This document shows positions 1 through 11,400 of a stretch of 64,000 nt of DNA, one piece after another. The notes under the pieces were generated by a model. It did no database searches, was not told the origin of the DNA, and saw only the letters and a program-made list of their open reading frames with translations. The first letter of the stretch is position 1; every line of letters starts with the position of its first letter. The stretch is from positions 247,697-311,696 of the forward strand of contig CAJINV010000027.1 of NCBI GenBank assembly GCA_905178155.1, in the 5' to 3' direction. Made by a program: the position numbers and the translations under genes. The stretch comes from Amoebophrya sp. A120 (Eukaryota > Protista > Dinoflagellata).

Positions 1-212
1 TGATTTCTCATGCTGCTTTCTGATGTGGAACAAGGTGCGCGCGGTGCTAAACCGCTGCGCACGTACTTACACCACTGGGCAGTTGTCTCGGAAATCGTCT
101 ACTGAGGTCGTGTCTATTTTGCAAGACAGGATGTTCATTCGGGCATACAAATCGCGCATCACAAATTACTCTTTTTTGAGTATTGAGACGGGTGACGCTT
201 TTCGTTTTGATA

Positions 213-3200
213 TCAACGCAAAACCTATGCCATTCAAAGTGAAGGAAAGGATCCAGGCCATCCCGCTGCGGAACCCGGCAATGCAGGATATCACAATTGA
301 AAATTTTCAATCGCCCGTATGCAAAGAAACAGTTTCAGTCATGGGTTTCATGTTCCAAGCTCACGATGTAAGTAGCATTAGCATTGTGTTTTGAAAAAAT
401 ACCTCCCCTTGTAGTTCAAATAGGCGTTGTCATACAACTGTAATGCGTGATGGTGACGGGTTGCACCACAGTAAGTCGTGGCACCAGATGCAGCCTTTGT
501 TCCGCATCTTTGCGTAGTACCGGGAAAGTAAAAATTTTCACTGTGATAATCCTTGACCGAAATTTCCTGCGAGACCAGCGAGAATTTGGCTTCCTGAACG
601 CAAAGGCCGGCCAACAACCAGGAGTCGGCGGAGCGTACGGGGTATCCTGAGTAAAAACGTACCCACATCAGAGTTGTAATGCAGATTTGCAAAGACAGGA
701 AGACTTGTAATGCGCATCCCCATGGTAGCCATTTCCAGTCGTGTTTTGGAATTTGTGACGCTGTGAACCGGATGAGCAGATGAGTCTGTGATGCGGCTGC
801 ACTTGCTAGCCTGCAGTACACTGCATCGCGCAACTTGTCATGCGTGACTCACAAAGCCCCTAGGTTTGTGTTGCAAAATCCCCATCCTTACTCTGGTGTG
901 GGTACGTTTTTACTCAGGATACGGGGGAATGCATCCGTATCCAACGAAAAATGAACAGCGTTTGAAAAGGAAGAACAGGAAAATCACTAGGAATTACCCA
1001 AGGGACCTATCGTCTAGGCATCGTTCTGCGCATGACAAGCTTCGTTGTAAGGGATGCAAAAAGATAACTTGTTGAGCACGTGGTCATACGAGCGTCGGTT
1101 TTGACGACTACGAGATGCAGACGTGCGAGTGGCCGCCTTCTCTGTTCTACAACACCCCAACGCTGCGTGTGTCCTTTCCATACCCCACTCCAGAAGAACG
1201 AGATCACCCACACCGTGCGAAAGCATATCCCGAAGAAAAAGTACACCCATGTCCTCGGAAGAGAAGGCAATTTGCGATGGATGCAAACCTTCCTGTGCGA
1301 TGCAGATGTTGCTTTGCTGTCATGAAATAGCGCAGAGACTGTCATGCGGGATAGGGAAGATAGGTTTGTGACCCTGACAGGATTCGTCTTGCAGGATAGG
1401 CAAAGTGCCCGCCTCCGTAATTCTGAAATTGCATCACAGATTTGGGTGTAACTTTCTTCTGGGATAGTCGAATCAGTCCACACCTTGTACGAGGGCACAG
1501 TCATCGCGGAGATATCCCAAATACGAAAATGAAAAGGCTATAGATCCTGGGATGTTGACCCAAACTTGTCATGCCGTGTAGCTCGTCGATCCTACAGTCC
1601 CACTTTGTCATACGATCTGTGATGCTGCGTCACAAATTAATAGCACCTTGGTGACGTCGTGCAGCATGCCTCCACTCCTTCTCGCTCTGCTGCGCATGAC
1701 AAACTTGGCTCCTTGCCGGGAGAAGTTTGTATTGCTGATTGGCATGACAAATTTGGGTCACCTAGTATCATTACATTCTCCTTTCATACCTCTCCGTCAA
1801 GAAACCGGACAACATCTCCGCGAACTTGTGGTTGGCCAACAACTTCGTCAAGATTTTCAAAGAGGTATACAATTTTTGTTTTTTTGTCAAAAATGATCCC
1901 CCCAGCTCCTACCCAAAGGGAAATTTGTGATGCCGAATTGTGACCACATAATTTTGTACCGGAACAAGGCGCTTCTAGCGGCGCAGCAGTGCTGCGTGCC
2001 ATGCAAAACGGCTACATGCTACATCTCTGCGCGCAGACTTGGAAACTGCCCGAGAAAATGCGTTGTTTCAAGAAATCAATTGTGGATCACAAATGCTCAT
2101 CGCTGGGTATGGGGCCGGGAATTTTTAACTTTGATTTCTGCGTCGTACTAAAGTTAACAACAAAGTTCTCAATCACGAGAATCGCATCTGATCATGTTGT
2201 TGCGTGAAGACAGTACGTAGCGATGAGTTAAGGTACACACACACATGATGAATTTTAGAATAAATCCACAACAACAGATTTCGATGGTCTCCTCGTTCAT
2301 GCTGGCCGGCGCGTGCACGGAGCAGTCCTGCCCCACGATGCGTGCTGTATCAAAAGGAAAAATCCCCCTCCCCATATGATCAAACACAGTTTCTCATGCT
2401 CAATTTGCGTACACAAATCAAATGGCTTGCTGGAAAGGACTGCAGGCCTATGCTGAGCCTGAGTAGCGAGATTTTGGGCTAGGCACTGAGCATGGCAAAG
2501 GTCTACTCTGTAGGGGCAACATCATGACAAACCGCCTGCAGAATGCAGCGGAGTCCGTGGAGTTGCGTTCTTGCAAGACAGAGACGATTTGTGACCACAA
2601 ATCAGCATTACAAATTTTCTGAGACGTACCTTTTTGATATGGGGAGGGGGGATTTTTCCTTTTGATATGCCGGCACCCACAACTACCTCTGGCAGGACCA
2701 CAACCCCGACGGCACCGTGACCTCCGGTATGCATTACAAAAATGTCTGGGTTTTGGATTTTTGTGATGCGAAATTTGAAGAACAGCAAGATCTGTAATGC
2801 GTGGATGGGATTGGTCATTTTCTCTCTCATGCTGGAAGCAAGTTTGTCATGCGTTTTACGAATGAATCTGCAGCAAGCTTTGAAAAACGTTTATATGCTG
2901 TTATGCCGTACAGGAGGTACGAATTTCCTGTACGAAGCGAGTATAAGCAACACAAACTTCCAGAGACCCAGACACCTATTTGCATTTCATATCCGGCGTG
3001 CCGCTCTCCGCCCCGAAGTACATCAAGGCCGTCTTGGACACCGCACAGAACTTCCTCAATGACCGAAGAGTCTTTCCCACGCACGGTGGCGAATTTCCAG
3101 AGTGCTTTCAGGAACTGGTATAGAGAGTTTTTTTGAATTTTCTGAGGAGAGAAATAACCAACAGAATCAACAGCTTGTTAGAGTGGTAGACTAATTTAGA

Positions 3201-4345
3201 TCGCATGGTTTTTTCAGCCGACTGCTACCCATGTCGAAGACCAACGTCAAAGCTCGATTCTTTTTGAGAGGACGTACTCATGATGCAGTTTACCAACATT
3301 GGGGTACTAAAACCTACGTGTCTACTTGCATTCCGTGTATCCAAACTCCAAAACAGGTCGGCCCGGTGGTCCGTCGCTTTTTCCGGTGCTATTGCCACTT
3401 CTACCGCCACCACCTCCAGCAAATGGAGGAGCTCGGCATCGAGAAGCGCGTGCGGTTCTGTGCGGCGTTCTGCATTATGATTTTGAAAATCGGTTCTGCA
3501 CTTGGTATTTGCTATGCGCCGTTTCACGTCTAACTCTGTATTTGCGAACCATGGCACGAGCAGGTAGCAGTGCGGTGTTCGTTAGTGCAGTCTGTACAGT
3601 TTTGCACCATCATGTTTTCCTCCGAAACAAACCTCCACATGTCAGATGCCAAAGCCGTTTTTCGAAATCATAGCAAGCTTGTTCTGCTTGGAGCACGACC
3701 TGTGCACCCCGGTCGAGTATCAATTGCAAATGTGTTTGGGTCTGTAGGATTGGAGGACTTGGCATTCTTGTTTGGTGTGAGTCTGGGCTCTGTATTGCAT
3801 GCTTACGAAGAAGTCTTCTAGTATAATCTGTCATGCAGCAACGAAATTTGTCATGCAAAAAGAGTATCAAGCTCAAGATTTACCAGCCCAAAAACCTGTT
3901 ATGCTTGCTTGTACATTGTAGTCTCCTTCACTCTTCGCATCCTAGCATTACAACCTCCCAGACCCAGAACTATTTGCACATGCATATCGAGTACGAAACC
4001 ATCTCGCCGTTGATCGACGCGTGGGTCAAAGAAGTATCAAGTGTAAAAATGTCTGGGTCTGGAAGAATGCAACTTGTCATGCTAAATCTGAAGCATCCAA
4101 AAATCTGTCTTGCATGATTAAGTACCAAAAGTCGGGAGGGAGTTTCTCGTGCAGGATAGGCATGAGAGAGATCGCGCAGAATCTGTCATGCTAGGTCCTG
4201 CATTCCAGGCCTCATGGGTCATGGAATAGCTGCACGGCAGGGCGCGAGTTCTTCCAGACCCAGACATTTTTACATTTGATAGGAAGCGGAGGTCGCCAGC
4301 AAGGGAAACAGCACGGGCGGCTCCAGCGGGACGGCCTCGCCGTAA
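213..4345 (+). CDS. MOB1: MOB kinase activator (Mob1/phocein family), multi-exon, 5' end upstream of window
   Basis: Joined exons give SVKKPDNISANLWLANNFVKIFKE/ISMVSSFMLAGACTEQSCPTMRAGTHNYLWQD...SAPKYI...FLNDRRVFP...RRFFRCYCHFYRHH...LEHDLCTPVEYETISPLID, colinear with Mob1. Stop TAA 4343-4345. Two GT-AG introns (1865-2277, 3118-3356) and about 11 TIR introns. Confidence 0.9.
289..548. mobile_element. Introner, degenerate
   Basis: TIR tatcacaattgaaaatttt / aaaattttcactgtgata. The frame is restored on removal. Confidence 0.7.
643..921. mobile_element. Introner, family C (TATCCTGAGTAAAAACGT TIR)
   Basis: About 30-bp near-perfect TIR, TSD CGGGG, 279 bp. Confidence 0.92.
1226..1466. mobile_element. 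Introner
   Basis: TIR tatcccgaagaaaaagtacaccca / tgggtgtaactttcttctgggata. TSD eroded. Confidence 0.8.
2348..2667. mobile_element. Introner, family B (TATCAAAAGGAAAAATCCCCCTCCCCATAT TIR)
   Basis: About 30-bp TIR, TSD TGCTG/TGCCG, splits the MOB TMRAG motif. Confidence 0.92.
2728..2991. mobile_element. Introner, family A-like
   Basis: TIR carries atgtctggg / cccagaca, TSD TCCGG. Confidence 0.85.
3476..3672. mobile_element. Introner
   Basis: TIR tatgattttgaaaatcgg / ccgtttttcgaaatcata. Confidence 0.75.
3718..3986. mobile_element. Introner, family A-like
   Basis: TSD TCGAG, tgggtctg / cagaccca TIR core. Confidence 0.85.
4035..4281. mobile_element. Introner, family A (TATCAAATGYAAAAATGTCTGGGTCTGGAA TIR)
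   Basis: About 33-bp TIR, TSD AGAAG/GGAAG, closely similar to 16784-17045. Confidence 0.92.
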
Positions 4346-5495
4346 AACGAATTTCGATGTAACGTGTAGTTTGAACTTGTCGGTTACGGTTTCGTAGTTT
4401 CGCACTTTTATGCACACATGAAGAAAAATATTATCGGTTGTATACAGTATGTCAACTTGTTTTAGCTGGTAAAGGAAGGAGTTTCGTACAGTGAAGTTTG
4501 AAGCTCGAGTAAATGCACAGAGTCCAAAAATAGGTCGAATAGGCTGGTGATTTGCAAGAAAAAATGAAACTACAAGTATTATTGGCTTAGAGAGAAAAGT
4601 TGTACAACTGCCGAGCGCCTTGCACAGGTCATTTATGTAAACCCGATCGCCGTATCACGTTGTTAAAATCCTAAATCTGACAGAGGTGCCGAAAATCTAA
4701 AGGCATCGTAGTTGTATTGTCACTTATTCGTCGCAATTATAAAATTTCGCCCGGTAATACACACATAAAGCCAGGAAATGGCATTGTTTTACAGGCGGGA
4801 AACAAGTAGTACAGAAGGAAGAAGGACAAGAGATAAAAACTGCAATTCTAGGATTCAAAGATGAGAAGGAAAAGATCAAAATCGAAACTCAATGTAGCTG
4901 TTACTGGACGTACAACTGTATAAAATTGTAACTTTCAGTTGAGTAGCAATTCGTGTAGTTGCGACTTCTAACTATTTTAGCGGGAACACAGCTCCCCTGC
5001 AAGAAATGGAGAAAGTACGTCGGACACAACGTCCATCTTGTGTTCTGCCGCGAAGCTGTTGATGGTGGTACGAAGACCCCTGTTGTGTTTCGCGCATTTG
5101 GATCAGACTTGTGTCTTTTGTTCGATGCTGAAAAAATGTCAAGTTGCTGAAAGACCCCAGATGCTGGTTAAGCTTCTGAAGATGATGGTTGAGAACGAAA
5201 GATCTCGTCGTCTTGCGTCTTCCCGTTCATGTTTTCATCAAAGATCCTTTTGTCAAGCTTCATCACACTTTCATCTTTTTTTCTTTTAGGACGATGTTGT
5301 GGTAAATAGCGCGGATAGGATAAGATGCCAGCACTGTGAGAAACAATCACAAAAAGATGCGTACTCTCCTCGTCCCTCCCCGCGACCTCTGATCGCGGGA
5401 TAGATCGCGGACTGCGAGCGCTTGCTCGTTCATCAGATGTTGCTGTCGAGCCATTGAGAATTCAAGTGCACCACAGTGGTCGGTAACATAAAAAG

Positions 5496-8400
5496 ATGCG
5501 GCTCTTTCCCCACTCTCTCCGATCATTTCTGATCGTGAGCACCAAGCTGGTGCTTGTACATAAAGTTTCCGCAAAAGAACTTGTTGATTTGCGAGCGCCC
5601 GTTAGGAAAGAAAGTCCACCAGCGCAAGTCGAGAAAGAACTCGCGAAGGGGAAGTTGCAAAAGCCACCTAAAGCTGCGGATCGACAAGACCACAAAGGCG
5701 AGAAAGCCGCTGCGCAAGACTCGGTGCGAGAGGCACATAGAGCAGAAGCACTTTCTCCAAGCACGAAATCAGACACAGGCCAGCAAGATGCACTAGAAAC
5801 GAAGGGAAAAGGTACCAAAGGACAATGTTTGGTAGAGTTTCGTTTTTGGTTTGTTTAGCCCCGTTTCTCATGGTGCACGTTTAGTTTTTCACGGTTTTCG
5901 AGGAAGCGTTTGTTAGCCAGGGAATTCAACCATACAACCCCACTTAAGAACATTGAAAATTGAAGGACAAATCAACCTGTCACAGCCCACTTATGGTCGT
6001 CATATGTAATTTTGAAAAATTCACTTAAATATCAGGTCCGCCCCTTCATGCGCCACAAGCGCACCACGATCTTGACCAACACCAAAGCCGCTTGCGTGGT
6101 GATGGCCGAGCACACCAAGATGATGACCGGTATGTACAGCATGTCATCGTCGAGGGCAGCGAGTCTCGCGACGAACAAATAGCACACGACGATATTTCTG
6201 TCCCAGGTCAGAGGTCAGAGGAAAACTTCCGCGGGCGACCAGGTCATGATGGGGGCGTTGGGAGTGTTGCGCCAGGAAGGCATGGCCTAGGAGACCGAGA
6301 CGACGGACTACCCGTACTCCATGGACATGCGGGCGAAGCTTCGTCGCCGCAGCGGGAAGGTGCCCCGCATCCATTATCAAATGCAAAAATGTCTGGGTCT
6401 GGAAGGGTGCTGCAGCTTGTCATGCTAAATCTGGATCGTGAAAAAATTTGTGTTGCATAAGTGCCAAAAGCTGTCCACTTTTGACCAAGTTGGGAGTGAG
6501 TTTGTCGTGCAGGATAGGCATGACGCAGATCTCACAGAATCTGTCATGCTACATCCTGCATTCCAGACCCCATGCCTCATGTTGAACCTGCATGAGAAGT
6601 CTTCTAATCTTCCAGAACCAGACATATTTGCATTTGATATCCATCGCAGAATAGATATCACGCTGTGGCGCCGCGGACTGCCACTGGATTCCCTCTGCTC
6701 CTTGACGAGCTTGACTGGAAAGTTTGCGTGTACGTATCAACAAGAAAAATCCCCCCTCCCCATATCAAAACGGAAATCTGTCATGCAGATTCGTGGTCAC
6801 AAATCAGCTTTGTCATGCTAGAAAGGAAAAGATCCGGACTGTAGTGCTAGTTGGCGTGGGAAAGCCTTGCTTCTTCAGCATGACAGGAGGCAGCTGGAAG
6901 TGTGAAACAGCATCACAAATGGCCTGCAAACGAGGCCACAGCCGCGGCTCTTGGCCTTCTAGCAATGCAAGTCGATTTGTGTACTCAAATACAGCATTAC
7001 AAATGTTGTTTTTGATATGGGGAGGAGGGGTTTTTCCTTTTGATAGTACGGGGTCGAGGAACACTGCCCCGAGGTGACCTGCGACGCCCCAACAACCGTC
7101 AATCCCGCTGCGTGGCGATCGGTCATACGCCGAGGGAGTTGATATATATATTTCTTGTGGACACTGGCTCTCATATTGCGTTTCAGCCGGTGCTGCCCGA
7201 AAGTTCAAAACACGCCTGATGAAATTAACAGTTTGGCAGCTGTGCTTGCATGAGAGAACAACGCCTTGCCGTCTCGGCTTGCGCATTACAGGTCGCTCAA
7301 GATTTGAGCACCGTGGAAGGCGTAAGTTGTGAATTACATTCTGCTCCTAACTAATGGACTCGTCCCACATCAGTCACTAAATATACTCGTTTTCATCCTC
7401 CACAACCAACCCTGCCGCACGACTACCTCGTGGAGTCACCCGCCAAAGACTACCCAGCCGCGGACGTGTCTCACGGGTTCCGCCCGTTTCGAATATGCAT
7501 TGCAAATATGACTGGGTCTGGATTTGTCATGCGAAATCTGAAGGACATACAAGATCTGTAATGCAGGAGTGTGACTGACCAATGTTTTTTTCGTGCTGGA
7601 AGTATGATCGAAAAATTTTTTGTCGTGCTCGAAGCCAAGATGTAATGCTAAATGCGAACGAATCCGAAAGAAGCTCAAGAAAACTTGGCATGCTGTTATG
7701 CCGTACAAGCGGCCACCGGCCCGGCACTGCGTGTATCAGTAACACAAATTTCCAGACACTGACATCTTTGTGTTGCATATCGAAAGGCGTGGTACAAACT
7801 GCATCTCGACCTGGGTGCCGTGGAGAAAAATCTGAATCCGGGGGGACGAGCTGCTGCTAAGGAGCAGGACGAACTAGGCGAAAATGCCGCTCGACGTAAA
7901 AAACCCGACGTGTACGACTACCACCTGGAATTCCAGGGCGTCTCGTGGACAAGCTCAGTGTGGGTGAACGGGTCCTCGCAAGTGCGGCACTGGTCTGCCT
8001 ACACGCCGTTTCGCGTCCCGCTGACGCTGCCGGATACAGCTGCGAATGGAATCCACGGGAGTGGCTCCTCGTCGTCCGCGGACAGCAAGTTCGAGATCAC
8101 GATCGCGGTCGATAGCACGCCGTCGTTTGCCCACAAAAACGATGTCGGCGAAGGGAGCTGGTGGTACGACGGGGGCGGCATCTACCGGCATGTACTGCTC
8201 CATCGAAGTAGCAGGACCAAGCCGCGCGTCGTCGATGTGTACCTGCCACACAAAGTGGTCACGGAGCGGATAGACCAGCACAAGCTGCCCCTGCGCGCGG
8301 ACGTCGCACTGGACCCAGTCATCGAAGTGAGCCTCGGTGAGCGAGATACCGACGTAATATCTGGGAGACCCCTAAAATGGAAGTATGCTGACGCACTGAC

Positions 8401-11400
8401 AGCTTCCGAAGACGACGCTGTTGGGAGCATGCCGGAGCATGCGGGGCCGACGGGCAGAACCACAACAACCGGAGCTGCTGCAAGTGGTAATACCGCTATC
8501 CCGACCTGGGCGGAAACGGTCGAGGGACCCGCGCTGCAAAAAGGTGCGGCCGAAGATGAAAAAGCACCTCTCAGTGCAGACGCTGCCATGAACGCAGGAT
8601 GGAATGCTGCTGCAGTGTGGAGCGCTGCTGCGAGCGCAACTAGCCGCGCGTCTGGACCCGACCCGCGCGTGACCACGGAAACCAACCCGGGCAAAGGTGT
8701 TACCAATGAAAACACACGTCCGGCGACGCCGGCCTCCCAGCAAGAAGCGGAGGCGGCTGCGAGAAGTAATATCGCGTACATGACCGACCCGCGCGAGACT
8801 AACGAGGCCACCACGCTAAAAAGCGCTGCGGGAAGAAGAAATGCGCCTCACCCGACAGCGATCTCAGAGTGGCCGCAAGCTGTAATAGGCGAGGCATGGA
8901 ACACTGTAACACCGGAGGCCGCTGCGAGCCGTAGCAACGCGCGCGAGACCAACAAGGCCATCCAGCTAAAAGGTGCCACTGCAGAAAATGCACCTCCCGC
9001 TACCGCGATCTCAGACCGATCGGAGACTGCAACGAGCACAGCACGGAACACAGCGGGGAGTGACGCTGCCCGAAATGCTGCTGGAAGCGGTAGCCCCGTG
9101 TCGCCGGCCGGCTATGACATAACACCTTCTTCCGCCCGAGGAAAAGATGCTACCATCGGGGGTGCGCCCCTAAGCAAGGCCACGTCAGGCCCGCCAAAAG
9201 CTGCAGCGGACGGAGCCGACAGTGCGGCCGAGAGGGCAACTTCGGTAGATCGGCGAGTCCGCGCGAGGGTGTCCGTGTACCGATACAAACCTGGTGCCGA
9301 TAAGCCGGCGCGACCTCTCGTGGCCACGATGATCTCCGAGCCGTGCCACAGGAAAGGTGACGGTAGTACTCGTCTGAAGTGCCGAGGCCGCGCGCCGATC
9401 GTGCTGCAAAATGTGGAGCTGTGGGACGGTGTCAGGAACCCGGCGTTGCTATCACAAAAAAAGAATATTAAAGTCCCATCTTCGTGCGTGAAAAGCGAAT
9501 TTGTATTTTTGGATGCGGTAGAACCGCCTGTGCTTCTCGTTGTAATTTCTGTATGCGCCGACTTTTGTTTTTCATGTAGCATGGGAAGGCCCTTCTCCGT
9601 GCCAAAATGATACTGCGCTATACTGTTACGTTTTCTGATATGGAACAGTTGCTCATCTCATTTTCATACCTGTACCTGTACCCCAGAGAAACTAAGCGGC
9701 CCGATACCAAAGAAGATAAATTTGTCATGCAGTTTTTCGTGTCAGAAAACGACATTATTGGCTGTCTAGCATGACAAATTTTTTGGAGACCTTTCTCGTC
9801 GTTAATTTAGCATGACAAACGAGTATTGTCGTTTTTGCGGATCAGCATCGAAGATGCTTTTGCGATGGAAAAGCAGCAACACAAGTTTATTTTTTTCTGG
9901 TATGGGGCTACTTTTTCGTAAAATATTCTAGTCGAGCTGCGGCTTATCCCACGAAAAAACTGTTCCACTGTGATAATTTTGCAAGAACCGCATCACAAGT
10001 TTGCTACACATGACACAGAAAATTTGGCATGTTCGTTTCCCAAGGGAAAACGCGCTTAAAAGCCCAATGTCTTTCAGGTGTAGTAGCAAGACAAATAGTT
10101 CTGCGCTCCATTTTCTGCATCACAAGTTCCCAGTGAAACAGTTTTTTCCTGCGATATGGCTGCTCGATGACCGCGGCGAATTCGTGGATGACCCTTGTAT
10201 CCGACAGAAAAGCACACTGACAGTAGAGAAAATCGAATTTGTCATGCGGTTTTTCTTGTCCCAAAACAATTCTCGTTGGTTGTTTAGCATCACAACTTTT
10301 TTTGCATTTTTGTCATGCTGGTCCGCATTATTTCCTCCCTCTAGAATGACAGCAAACACCGTGTCTTGCGGATCAGCATGACAAAGCTTTATTTCGTGAA
10401 CGAAAAATAGCAACGCAGGTTCTTTTTTCTTCTGGTATGGGTGTGCATTTCTCTAGGATATCACATCACGGACAAAAACCCACCTTCGATGTACGCAGAA
10501 GAAAACTTCTTGCGATGCGAAATTACAGCCGAAATCCACTATGTATGTAATTTGGTACAGTATGACACTTTTGCCAGTAGGCGTAGGGCAACTGAACCCT
10601 CAATCGCACAACTCTGTATGTAGTCTCTTACCCGCACCACCCCCTACCGCTGCTTGGCCAATGGCAAAAACTAGCTATACCGTTGTCGTTTCTGCCAATA
10701 AGAAAAGGACTCATGTGTTGTGCGACTTATGTAACTACTAAAACCGTTTTTACTGTCGGGAGGGGGGTGGTTTTCCTGCGGCTTGATAAGCCGGATGCAG
10801 CTTCTTCGACGATCCGGGTTGGCTTCCGCAGATTTGCCTGGGACGCCGGCATTAACCCACAAAAAAGCCCATTCATTTTTCCAGAATCCGAAAACATGTC
10901 TGCTGCGTTTTTAGTTTCACTGGGGCTGTTGCTCTCCGTATTCCATTGCAAAACATATTTTTTTCTGACCCCTATTAACGTCGACGCGTTCATGTACTTC
11001 CCCTAGTCAACCCCTATTGACGTCGACCCCTATTGACGTCGACGCACAACAAGCTGCGTTGTTCTGCATTGCATTCAAACTGAAGTCGTGTTTCGTGTGC
11101 GCCCAGCCGTCTTTTTAGTGTTTGTGCAAACCAGCAAAACAAAGAAACTCTGAATTTCATATGGGCACTTTTTTTCCAGCGATAGGCACTGGCTTCTATC
11201 TGAACGACCGCCCGATGCTATCGCAAGCGATGCGCGACCCTTCACATGGCAGAGAGGATTTGTCATGCACAACGCAACCTGAGTGGATCTACCTTTTATC
11301 GCGTTGGTTCATTAAATTCTCTATCTCGAGCTTATTCCGTAGTACTCGTCATCCGCCAGGCAAGGTGCAGCGCGCAAAAAAAGTTTAGATATCATAGTAA

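Noticed and set aside
5168-5574. Minus-strand ORFs upstream of GH2
   Set aside because: They are short, have no recognisable motif and overlap the predicted GH2 first exon.
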